Of a DNA stretch of 64,000 bases, positions 11,836 to 23,665 are shown piece after piece. The position numbers and the translations under genes are program-made. Numbering within the stretch: the first letter of the stretch is position 1; every line of letters begins with the position of its first letter. The DNA comes from Chrysomallon squamiferum (lineage: Eukaryota > Animalia > Mollusca), in NCBI GenBank assembly GCA_012295275.1, contig CM022665.1:3720001-3784000 (forward strand), in the 5' to 3' direction. The notes under the pieces were generated by a model. That model worked only from the letters and a program-made list of their open reading frames with translations, was not told where the DNA came from and searched no databases.

Positions 11836-12023
11836 ATTTTCAAAAGAAGCAACAACAACAACAGCAGCAGAACAAAATACTTAAAATCCATTGAAATGAA
11901 GAGTACATACATTTATGTACTTCTTTCTATGCTTCTGTATTATTATTATTATTATTATTAGAGAGAAAGAGAAAATGAGAGAGAGAGAGAACGTGAGATA
12001 GAGACAAAAAAAATGTGTGAGAG

Positions 12024-12098
<75 letters not shown>

Positions 12099-12436
12099 GA
12101 TTCTACGATAACAGAATTCATTAAGATTAGTAACACCAAGAGGAAAAACAACTACATACAACCATTTCTACACCAGTAAAGAAGAATTTGTTTCAAATAC
12201 ACTTTGTTAATCTATATAGTTATGTTTTATTTTTCCAATTTTAAAATGTGAAAGCTAGCCTGTTTATTACCTTACACATTTTGAAATGTGACATTTATTT
12301 TAACCACAATTTTGACATGTTCACCATTATGATTACATTTAATTGAATACGTTTGTGCCCATGTCTGGTCTTTTTATATTTTAGTTTATTAGTTTATATT
12401 GTAAAGCATTCTTGAACTTACTTAGTATGGTATAAC

Positions 12437-12505
<69 letters not shown>

Positions 12506-12975
12506 GATAATGATAATGATGATAATGATAATAATAATAATAATAACCATTTAGTTACGAAGAAACAGAGAAAAACATAATACTGAATTTCATCAAACAG
12601 CTTTCATTTTTCTGTTAATTATTATATGCTGATTTAGACTGTGGACTGAACGTTTGTTATGTATATACCGTAATATAATGCGATACATGAGCATATTTAC
12701 TGTTCTGTTTACATCTTCGGTCCTGTATTCTGTCATAACGTTATTTTAAACACATTTTGCTGTCCTGAATACAAAATCTCTTTTCAAATTAAACAACACA
12801 CAAAAACAATACTGGTTCATTCCTTCTTCGTGAGTAAACTGCAACGGATAAAATACGAGATTACGTCACTCAGCTGTCAGCCGTTACATTAGGTAACTGA
12901 TTTAATTTGTTAGATTGCTTGTGATTGGTCAAAAAGTTAATTAAATATCAGCAGCGGTCTGATATTATTTGTATT

Positions 12976-12981
12976 AATAAA
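12976..12981 (+). other. Possible TLR-A polyadenylation signal
   Basis: aataaa followed by GT/T-rich sequence ~1.1 kb after the stop. Weak evidence, because AATAAA is common in this DNA. Confidence 0.3.
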
Positions 12982-13302
12982 ATCTTGTGTACAGTAATCC
13001 TGTATTTTTTTTTTTTTTTTTTTTTTTATATTCTCAACAGACTCATAATTACTCTAATATTGTACATAAGTATTTTTGTACTGCTGTTTAAACTTCTTCT
13101 CATTATTATTATTATTGTTGTTGTTGTTGTTGTTGTTTGTTATTATTATTGTTATTATTATCATCATCATCATAACCATCAACATCATGATACTATTGTT
13201 AATGTTGTTAGTATTTTTTTAAATTGTTGTTATGATTGTTTAACAAGATGAAACATTAATGAACATCTAACAAAAGACTGGATAAGACATCCCTATGTAA
13301 AA

Positions 13303-13328
13303 ATAAATAAATAATAATAATAAAAAAA

Positions 13329-13364
<36 letters not shown>

Positions 13365-13387
13365 AATAAAATAAATAAATGAATGAA

Positions 13388-13418
<31 letters not shown>

Positions 13419-13458
13419 GAAAATAATAATAAAATAAATAAATAAATGAATGAATGAA

Positions 13459-13541
<83 letters not shown>
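13303..13541. repeat. (AAAT)n/(AAT)n microsatellite
   Basis: Directly visible. Confidence 0.95.
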
Positions 13542-13542
<1 letters not shown>

Positions 13543-14201
13543 GTTATCAGTCAGGGTTTGGTTAACATCAGTTCTGGCGATGAAACGAAATGACTACTGT
13601 AAATTATAAATCACCATTACTACAGATGAATCACGCATTTAAAGAACGGCCTGACTGTTTTTATCCCATCCTGTGGTCTGTAATATTAACTTCATCTCGT
13701 TTCCGTCAGACCCCCTCTTTTCACAAACGCTGAACCGCCCGTGAAAAACGAGAAGCACAAAATCTCAGTTATACACAATACAGTCTTTCATTTCAATCGT
13801 GCCTCTAAAATCGGCCGGAACCTTCAGGAAGTATTTGTCAAGATGCTTTTAAGAAGGCTTCGATAAACATAATAAATTCCCAGTTTACTGCACTTTAAAC
13901 CGCCCAAATATCCCCGTAACTTAAACAGAGCTCGTCAGTTAATTGACCTATTAATTATAATTTATTTTTAATGATCCGGGTTTGTCTGTCGATTCAGGCA
14001 CAGTTTTCTGAATTGTTTTCTGAATTCATTGGTTTAATGTTATTATTATTATTTTGTTTAATGTTTCATTCGGTGAAGTGAGTTTTGTGTTTTATTAACG
14101 TTTTTTTTTTTGACAATGGATGTTCGAGTCGCTCTTTATTTCTGTCTTTGTTCATCTTTGTGTGTTTTCTTTATTTCTTTGTTTATATAATGATGATGAT
14201 G

Positions 14202-14252
<51 letters not shown>

Positions 14253-14330
14253 TTAATAATAACAACAACAACAATAAAACAAATTAATAATAGCAATAAC
14301 CTCAGCATCTTCAGCACAACAACAACAACA

Positions 14331-14381
<51 letters not shown>

Positions 14382-15253
14382 TCGGTCGCATAATATTTGC
14401 AAAGAAGTGACCATCGACCCTTCGTTGACCATGTTCTTGATTCTGTCGGTCAGTTACTGGTCATCAACATACTGCGGAGATTTGTTACGTAAGCTATCTG
14501 GGTCAGTGTGGTCGTGAAATTCCGTGACCGTGTTTATTTTAACCGACAAAGACGGATTTCATTTGTTAACACATACGCATTGCCGTTAACACAGAAATTT
14601 AAAGTAATTGAATTTAGAAATTGGCTTCGGTCTTCAAAGAACATTTTTGTGCTGAGGTGTCTTTAAGCATTCACTGACTCGCTCTTCAAAGGAAATGTCT
14701 TAGCAAGACAACGTCATTAATTTTCATAGGGTTTCACAACAGAGCAGCAGCAGCAGCAGCAGCAGTATATCCACGCACACAACCACGACAACACAAAGGT
14801 CATCAGTAATACCAGCATTTACTACTACAACATTAATGCGACAGCTACAACAAAATTACTAATGCTACACTTACTACCATCCCTGCATTTGCTATTGTTG
14901 TCAGAGATATTTCTGTTGCTGTTACTAATACTGTTAGTAGTAGTAATAGCAAGTGCTTACAATAGCAGCAGCAGTAGTAGTAATAGTAGAATTAATAGTA
15001 CAACAATTACTGTTATTTCTAGTATAAATTAATAATACTATTACTGCTAATGCTATTAGTGACAGATATTATTACTAATATATTAAATTATTATTATTTT
15101 TTAAACAAAATAATGAAATAAATCTAAACCTAAAAAAATAAATTGTAAAATTAAATTTAACCTTTAGTGTAAAAAAAAACTTCATTTACACAATTTTATG
15201 CCTTAGAGTATTCAAAATATAAAAAACAATGGTATGTATTTAAACCAACGGGG

Positions 15254-15289
<36 letters not shown>

Positions 15290-15869
15290 AAACCTATAAA
15301 GACAGCGTAAATAACAGATAACAGAAAATATCAGAAAACTAAAAACAGCTTTATCTGAATAGATTAAAATAAGTGTATCATAAAGATTTCTGAGAAAACA
15401 ATAACGACGACAGCATCGGCGTTGCACATCAAACGTGTGAAGAAAACTGCTAGGAAAATAAATAAATAAATAAATAAATAAATAAAAGATTGTTTGTTTA
15501 ACAAGAGACAAGCAGCAGCCAGTAAATTTAAATACAGCTGGCTATTTAGTTTAAAGTTTGTTTTCTTTTAAGCTTGAGCTGACGAACAACCAACAGTTAG
15601 TTAAACTAAACAGTACCTTCCTCAGAGGTTAGATTTAAAAAAACAAAAAAAATAACAGAACAACAGATAACCCGTTTAATGCACCTGGTAGAACTGATAA
15701 TAACAGTTCTATACAGTCAGACTGATGTGATGTCAGCCTTACCTCAGTATCAGTGTTCATAATAGACATGACCATTTACCCAAAGCACTTTTTATCTTAA
15801 TGATAACTACAGCAAACGCGCGGAGACAGAGAAATATAGAAGGAAAAACAAAATGATCAGAAAAAAAGA

Positions 15870-15873
<4 letters not shown>

Positions 15874-15921
<48 letters not shown>

Positions 15922-15961
15922 AACGAGAGAGAGAGAAAGAGAGACAGAGAGAGACAGAGAC

Positions 15962-16008
<47 letters not shown>

Positions 16009-16018
16009 GAAGAGAGAC

Positions 16019-16051
<33 letters not shown>

Positions 16052-16058
16052 ACGAGAA

Positions 16059-16092
<34 letters not shown>
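15874..16092. repeat. (GA)n-rich polypurine tract
   Basis: Directly visible; source of the ERER/SLSL ORFs. Confidence 0.95.
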
Positions 16093-16096
<4 letters not shown>

Positions 16097-17111
16097 GGTG
16101 TTTCAAAAACTTTGTCGGATGAAAGTAATCGTATTCAGAAACAATAATAAGTAAAAGCACTACACAACTTTATTACAAACATTACTATTTGTATTTCAGT
16201 CTCATTCCATCAGTCCTACTACGTTATAAGCAGTCTGTATCTCTGTATTACTTCAATTCAAATCAGTTTGTAAACTGGGGAAAACAAATTAAATACAGTC
16301 TGTTTGATCCCTGGGGACCCAGCTAAACAAACTAATATCACTTCGCATTGATCAGAGCTCTGATCAAAATACCACGCCAGTTTATTTGGTTGTTTCTGAA
16401 TAATATTATTGACTCGATCTTTACCGTGACCAACGGGTCGCGTTGCCAAAGTCAGCGATCATTTTATTATTGTAATTTCCAGAAGTATGGATTTGTGTAC
16501 GTAGTTTTATTTCAACATGGATTAAGTAGTGTTTTCGAAACTGGATGATTAGATTAGGTATAATAGCACTATGATTAAAGAAATTTACGGTTCAACCTGC
16601 AGTTGTTGTTTTTTTTTTAATGTGGGTAATAATATGATTTTCGTAACCAGATCGGCCGGCAGAACTGAGATAAGCAATTATTCAGCACCGGCGATCGTAT
16701 TTAGATTACAAATACGCATGAGCAAAATCCGGGCTTTCGTAATAATAATTAATTTACTAGCTCGGATGACAACATTAAAAAAAGTCCATTTCTCAAATTT
16801 CAGATTCGAATTAGTACAGATAATGAATATAGTGAAAAAACAAATTCTCCTTAACTTCTTTATATATTTATTAAAACATTTTAAGAAATTTATGTTATTA
16901 TTATTTCTTTTTTTTCTAGAAGGTGTTCACATAATTTGAGTAAAAGATTAGTTTGGCATATAGCGTGTTGTAAGATAAGTTATTTTTCCAACCCAACAAG
17001 TTCTGTAGCAAACTCTGACTCGATATCAATTTGTTTTTCTCTGTAACTGACATTCATTGTCTGGCCTAGCTTATATTAATATTATCGACTGGAAATTGTT
17101 AAAAAAAGAAG

Positions 17112-17142
<31 letters not shown>

Positions 17143-17347
17143 AAGATTATATATATATATATATTATTTTTAAGGTGCAATATTATGTATTTAATGTATT
17201 GCTGACTTTACTGAGAATTCTGAAAAGTTTTGTCATTCAAACAATTACGTTTCTAAGTCCATTTTGTTTAGAAATAGACTGATTCCAGTGGATACGATAT
17301 TTCTGTGGTTCACAGATGCGCTTAATTCTTCTTTGTGTCACAGATGC

Positions 17348-17348
<1 letters not shown>

Positions 17349-17434
<86 letters not shown>

Positions 17435-17556
17435 TTAATAATATTAATAATAACGACAATCATAACAATGATGATGGCGATTATCATCGCCATTATTATT
17501 ACTGTTATGATAATAATGATGATGATAATAATAATAATCATGACAGTGATGATGAT
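17349..17556. repeat. (AAT)n/(GAT)n tract
   Basis: Directly visible. Confidence 0.93.
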
Positions 17557-18030
17557 ACGTTTTTATTCAGTATTTTTATTTAAAACTTTATTAATGTGTA
17601 CATTTTACTTCTAGACCTTTAAAAAAAAAAAATCTGTGTGTAAGACTAATACATAGAAAATAAGTGCTGATTAAATGTTAATAGATTGTTTATCATATGA
17701 ACTGGTGACATCTGTCCTCTAGCACGTGGCTTTTTCATTAAATGTTTTATATCAAAATAAACGAGATATTGCTCACCATCTAAATTAAATCGTGACGTGT
17801 AACACGTGTTCAAGTAATAAAATGATTTATATATATATCTATATTGTTTCGCGATATATCTCCAGTAGGCAGCTGGTGTACTTCACGGTCCACTTGAATA
17901 TGAAAGGAGAAAAACCTTGAAATATTTAGCAAGCCAGTGTTGCGTAATTACTGGTTTAAGTGTTCTTTTAATAACCGTGTTTAATTGTGGAAGTGCGCTA
18001 ACTAGGTTTCAACAGTCAGTTTCCGCTGAG

Positions 18031-18109
<79 letters not shown>

Positions 18110-18791
18110 GACGCATACTCCAGACACGCACACACATACACAAATAAATAGAATAATAACTAACAAGTACAACGTTTTTGTAAAAATAAAATCTTTTCTG
18201 AAGCGGTGAAAACGAGTTAACCGAATTATAAGAACGGGCAATAGTTGCGAGCTTTGAGCGTCACTCTACTGTGCTGTAGGCTGTAAGATCAATCCTCTTC
18301 GGCGCCTTCTTTGAGTTATTTCCTCCGATATATTATTAAACCACGAACCATTAACTACAAACACTGAGTCTAACAATAATGAAAACTACTACCAGAATTT
18401 TAATTTATACTGCGGGTTTAATCGAACATAAAAGATAATACATCATAAATAACAATACATGTATATCCAAAGCATACTCTGAATATTAAAAATAGTACAT
18501 TATACACAATATAATAATAATAATAATAATAATAATCATAATACCAGTCTTGTACTGTAACAAAAATAAAATGAAAAATATTTTAAATAACTATACAAAT
18601 GCCTAGTTGCAGGCTAATCAGATATTACATAGTAATGTACAGTATCAATAATTGTGTCAAGGAAGTTGTAGCACTCTAGTCTGAAGGATACGATTTATGT
18701 AAGTTTAATATTTTAACAATATAAACGTGATAATTCACAATCCAAAACGACGAACAGGTTGAAAACATCCTTGATTCGTTTTTACTCACTG

Positions 18792-18852
<61 letters not shown>

Positions 18853-18895
18853 TACACAATCACACAAACACACACACACAAACATACACACACAC

Positions 18896-18927
<32 letters not shown>

Positions 18928-19840
18928 TTATACAGACATGTATATATATTTATATCCAAACACAAATTTAATGACCATTATTAACTGTTTACTATAAGCT
19001 GCAGTGGTCAAAATATTGTAATTAAAAACCATCATCGAATTTGTATAATTATGTTAAACATATAAATGCACATATCTAAATATATATCATGATGTACCCC
19101 ATTTCCAGTATAGGCCAAAGCTATTTAAGAAATACAAATAAAATAAATATTCTTTCTCAGTTTTAGATACCAGAAAGTCATAATATAACCATTCTAAGAA
19201 TTGCAATCGTTAATGAAATATCATGTAATATCAGCGGACTACGAATCTGCATATTAAGAACTTTCTTAATACACAGATCTAATTATATCTACATTATATA
19301 CACACTGCAGAATATGTATGAAATTAGATAATTAAATTCAGTTTTATTACATTCTCCAGTGCAATTACTATCACAGATTCATGTTAAAAAGTGAACAAAT
19401 AACGTGTTGTACAGAATATAAAGCAGATCTATCACTATACACATCTCGCTTTTTTTTGTTTAAATTTGCATTTAACAGTGAGTATTTTTACAGATATTTG
19501 TATGCAGAAAATAAAGCATATATCTACAACATTTTGCTACGAATCTTTTCGTGAATACTGTTTCACTGACTTATAAGACAATCCAAATTTGTGATACTTA
19601 TTAAGTCAGTTTACAAAATACACATTTTTATGTTTAGTGTACATACTCTGTATAACGATGTCATTATTCAAATGTATTGCAATTTCAAACTTCTCCTTTT
19701 TAAAAGGTAAGTATTCAGATGTAATATTGTTTTTTTCCTTTGTAACAAATATCTTCCACATGCAAATTAAATCCAAACATGGATGAGTTTCAGTTTGAAT
19801 ATAAAACTGACTACAGCTTTTCAAACAGAGATTAAACTGG

Positions 19841-22800
19841 TTAGTCTTTAACACTCAGTTTCTTTGATTCTGTGTTTCTTGGAAGCGGCAGGGGAGGAGC
19901 AGTCAGGGGAAGGGGTGGTGCGGTTGCCGTAATGGAATGATTGTGATGAACATGCGGCAAAGGCTCCACTTCTTCATAATGTCCAGAACTGTTGCAGTGA
20001 GCAGTGTTATATGGTGCCGTGTCCGAGTTATCTCCACACGCACTGTCTAATGTCTGGTACACACCCGAACTCGGCATAGGCTCCTCGTACAGTCCATTCA
20101 CAATATTGTCTGAAATAATACTGACCCTTCCATTGGCACTGAAACCAGATATGCTTTCGTGGTGAGGGAAGTTTCTGTGATGGTTGTTGTGTTGGTCGGT
20201 CTCTCTTTCTGGAGGAATATCTGGCATGGAGAAAAACAGTTTCTCCCAGAACCAAGGATCTCTGTATTTTAGATACGTTCTCGTCTTCATGTGGATCTTC
20301 AACTGAGGATCGAGTCGCTTCTCATCTATGTCGTGCATAACGATCACTATCATCCTGTTGTTACGTTCCTGTAGCACTTGCTGATGGGCTGTTTGAAAGC
20401 CAAATTTGCACCACTCACATTCTAAAAAGTTGTCCGACAACACTACAATTGTCCTTTTACTGTTTTCAATACTGTTTACAATCGCCTCGGCTATGGATTC
20501 GCCGACAGTGAAATCTCTAAAGTGCAAACACAGTTTAAATCTTTTGTGACCTCTTTCCAGCTTTGGAGTCAGTTCGTGAATAACAAAATATTCATCTTTA
20601 TTGCTGCAGCATACGAAAGCATCATACATTCTCTTGTCATCGGTATCTTTCGTATCTTTGGCCATCATTCTCCAGCCAAATTTAGAGAAGCACCAGACCT
20701 GGAGCAGTTCTTTCTTCCAAATAACCAGAGACACGAACATGATGACTAGAAATGTTGCCACGGAGATGACTATCATTGCGGTGAGTCGTTTCACCTCGCC
20801 GACTCGCATAACGCTGTTGAGCGACGTGTTGACAAAGAAGCTGTTGTTCTCGAGACAAACCGTCTCGTCGTCGTAATTAAGAAACGGGATGACTGCAGGT
20901 CCCGAATCGGATTCCGTTTCCATCTGACATCGTATGTTGTCGGCGTCAGGAATCGCTGGCGCGTTTTGATTGATAAACTTCTTGAAATCACATCCGAATG
21001 GCACCCGACACGTCCAGATGTTGTTACTGAGTAAAATCTGAGAATGATTAACAACTTTTGAAATATCGTTTAAATCGATTGAGGCTAAAAAGTTGTTCTG
21101 AAGTGAAACATGCATTAGATTTCCAAAACTGCTCAAAGAACCTGCTTCAATGAATGCTATTTGGTTATTCTGCAAATATAGCTCCTCCAGTTGGGAAATA
21201 CCCTTGAAAGTAGAAATGTATATCACACTTAAAAAGTTATCATTCAGATACAGTCGTTTTAAAGTCTTGAGACCAACAAACGATCCATTTTCCAGAGAGT
21301 ATATATTACTGTGGTTCAAATATAGTGTCTCCACTTTAGCAAGACCAAGAAAGGTATGTTTTGTAATTTCAGCAATGTTGTTAGACTGTAATAAAACTTC
21401 AGTAGCACCTGGTGGCAGCTTTGGAACTGATGTCAGATTCCGAGCCTCGCAATGAATACGATGGATTGGAAGATTGTCGTCACCGACGAGGCACAAACAC
21501 GGCTTTGGACAAACGTGCTTGCAGTAGCAGTGATCAAACCCACAACACATACAACTGATGTCACACTTCACGTCGTACTCGCACAAGAAATGATCCCGAG
21601 GAACGTTTTTGAAGAATGTCATCCATTTGTCGTATACACTCTCACAGGTCAGCAAGTGGTAATCCGGGAAAACGGGCAAAGAATCGACGTAATCAGAAAA
21701 GTTCATTTCTTCAATGTCTTTTAACCAGCTGATTCTGCAGTCGCATGTCAAACGATTCCAAGCGATTAGCATTTGCGGTCGTGGAGTCAAATTCTGTTTA
21801 ACTTCCATCGAAATTTTAGGAAGAGTTTTTAACTTATTATTTGTCAGTATCACTCGCTTTAGTCTGAACATTGTTCGGAAAGTATCGTGGGAAATGTAAT
21901 TCACCAGATTTGAGTCGAAATTAAGGTACATTACCGAGTCGGGAATTTGTCCTCTGTATAACGCTTCTAATTTGTTGTCGGAGAGATCGATTTCGAGTAA
22001 ATTGTCTAAATCCGATAGCGAGAAGGTTAGATCAGTGATATTGTTGGACTTAAGATTTAGATAATTCGCATTTTCTAATCCTTTAAAGGAGTCTAAACGG
22101 ATGTGGCTTATAACGTTGTATCCAAAATCCACTTCAACAATCTCGTTCAGACCGTCGAAGACACTAGTTGGGAAATGTTTTATGTAGTTTCTGGACAGAT
22201 TCATACTGTGAAGGTTGCTCAGTCCAGTGAATGAGTTCTTGTTGAGCTTCGGAAGTTCGTTGTTCTGAACATCCAAAGTTTCCAGTAAAGAAAGTGAAGA
22301 AAAGCTAGGCAAGTTTATAAGAAAGTTGTTAGACAGATTAAGAGTTATCAGTGACACCATGTCGGAAAGACAGTTTTCTGGCATCAGTTTCAGATTGTTG
22401 TGGCTTAAATCCAAATATTTCACATTCCTCAGACCAGAGAACGCATTGCTACCGATTGAGTGAATCTCGTTGTAAGAAATATCTACCATCTCACAGCTAA
22501 ACTGGTTACGGAACGTTTGTCTCGGGATGTTGGTCAGATAGTTGTTTGATAAATCTAAAGTAAATGCACGAGTCTGTTTCTTGAACACATTCCTGGAGAT
22601 TTTGGTAATTCTGTTGCCAGATATATTAAAATACATAATAAGGGGCAGATCTGCCATCACGTCTGGATCAATAGAAGTAAGAATATTGGATGATAACGAC
22701 AATGTTTCCAGATTTCTTAAAAATGCTAATTCCTCCCATATGTTGTCACTAATGTTGAGATTATCCAGATTCAGAACAGAGAGCTTCTTCAAACCCGCTA

Positions 22801-23665
22801 TCATCCCTTCAGGAATATCGTTTAGCGGATTGTTTGACAAACTTAGGAATATTAATTCTGAGCAGTTATGAAGCATGGTCCCAGCCACATCCGTAATGGA
22901 ATTCTTGCTAAGATCGAGCCACATCAAATCCTGAAGTCTGTTTAGAGAGTCTGTTTCTATCTTTCTCACGCTGTTGTCAGAAATAATCAGCCTCGTGAGG
23001 TTCGGGAAAGCCAGGCCCATTAGTGACGGAATCACAGCTATCTTGTTGTAACTCAAGTCAACAGCTCTCAGATGTTGCAGCTGTTTCTTCTCGCAGTTTA
23101 GTCCAGCGACCTCGAAACTTTTCAGATTGTTAAAGGAGACGTTATACTCTTGAAGACTCCACAGAGAACACACCGGCGGGATGTAAGTCAACCCGCTGTT
23201 CACCACGTACAGGAGCTTCAAATTGGGAGAGTAATCGAGGAATTTTGGATGAATACTGGAGATGCTTGCCCCTTCGATTTTCAGCTCTTCGAGAGAAACA
23301 AGCCCGGAGAAGATCAGTTCTGGAAGATCTGTAATCTTGCAGTTTTTAAACCTCAGCATTTTCAGATATTTCAGGTGATGAAACATGTTTTCCCACAGAC
23401 GATGAGAACCTCCGGCATCTTCTATGCAGGTCAAGGACAGGTATGACGTCTTCTCGGCGGGTATTCGCCGGAAATAGTCCTCCGTGAAATACAGGAAAGA
23501 ACAATCGAGAAAAATGTCGTCTGTATCTTTGAGCCAGATACAATCACATGGTCGTCCTGGGCATGCATAGTCAATCACAGCAGAACTAGTCGTTACGATG
23601 TTGGACGCACCGACATGGATGGCAGATAGAAACGCAAATAGCGCAAGGATTGTTGTCACAAACAT
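19841..23665 (-). CDS. Toll-like receptor B, multiple-cysteine-cluster (Tollo/Toll-6/7/8-like architecture), 1274 aa, single coding exon
   Basis: Uninterrupted ORF: signal peptide, LRRNT (CPGRPCDC), more than 20 LRRs, LRRCT (NRLTCDC), Cys cluster (CDISCMCCGFDHCYCKHVCPKPCLC), LRRs, LRRCT, TM (~20717-20786), TIR (~20222-20630) and a ~125-aa tail. Splice acceptor ttttctcttttcag ends 1 nt before the ATG. Confidence 0.97.
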   Translation of the reverse strand: MFVTTILALFAFLSAIHVGASNIVTTSSAVIDYACPGRPCDCIWLKDTDDIFLDCSFLYFTEDYFRRIPAEKTSYLSLTCIEDAGGSHRLWENMFHHLKYLKMLRFKNCKITDLPELIFSGLVSLEELKIEGASISSIHPKFLDYSPNLKLLYVVNSGLTYIPPVCSLWSLQEYNVSFNNLKSFEVAGLNCEKKQLQHLRAVDLSYNKIAVIPSLMGLAFPNLTRLIISDNSVRKIETDSLNRLQDLMWLDLSKNSITDVAGTMLHNCSELIFLSLSNNPLNDIPEGMIAGLKKLSVLNLDNLNISDNIWEELAFLRNLETLSLSSNILTSIDPDVMADLPLIMYFNISGNRITKISRNVFKKQTRAFTLDLSNNYLTNIPRQTFRNQFSCEMVDISYNEIHSIGSNAFSGLRNVKYLDLSHNNLKLMPENCLSDMVSLITLNLSNNFLINLPSFSSLSLLETLDVQNNELPKLNKNSFTGLSNLHSMNLSRNYIKHFPTSVFDGLNEIVEVDFGYNVISHIRLDSFKGLENANYLNLKSNNITDLTFSLSDLDNLLEIDLSDNKLEALYRGQIPDSVMYLNFDSNLVNYISHDTFRTMFRLKRVILTNNKLKTLPKISMEVKQNLTPRPQMLIAWNRLTCDCRISWLKDIEEMNFSDYVDSLPVFPDYHLLTCESVYDKWMTFFKNVPRDHFLCEYDVKCDISCMCCGFDHCYCKHVCPKPCLCLVGDDNLPIHRIHCEARNLTSVPKLPPGATEVLLQSNNIAEITKHTFLGLAKVETLYLNHSNIYSLENGSFVGLKTLKRLYLNDNFLSVIYISTFKGISQLEELYLQNNQIAFIEAGSLSSFGNLMHVSLQNNFLASIDLNDISKVVNHSQILLSNNIWTCRVPFGCDFKKFINQNAPAIPDADNIRCQMETESDSGPAVIPFLNYDDETVCLENNSFFVNTSLNSVMRVGEVKRLTAMIVISVATFLVIMFVSLVIWKKELLQVWCFSKFGWRMMAKDTKDTDDKRMYDAFVCCSNKDEYFVIHELTPKLERGHKRFKLCLHFRDFTVGESIAEAIVNSIENSKRTIVVLSDNFLECEWCKFGFQTAHQQVLQERNNRMIVIVMHDIDEKRLDPQLKIHMKTRTYLKYRDPWFWEKLFFSMPDIPPERETDQHNNHHRNFPHHESISGFSANGRVSIISDNIVNGLYEEPMPSSGVYQTLDSACGDNSDTAPYNTAHCNSSGHYEEVEPLPHVHHNHSITATAPPLPLTAPPLPLPRNTESKKLSVKD

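Noticed and set aside
20028-23543. Overlapping and antisense ORFs within TLR-B (and within TLR-A)
   Set aside because: These are shadow ORFs of long coding sequences with no domain features.
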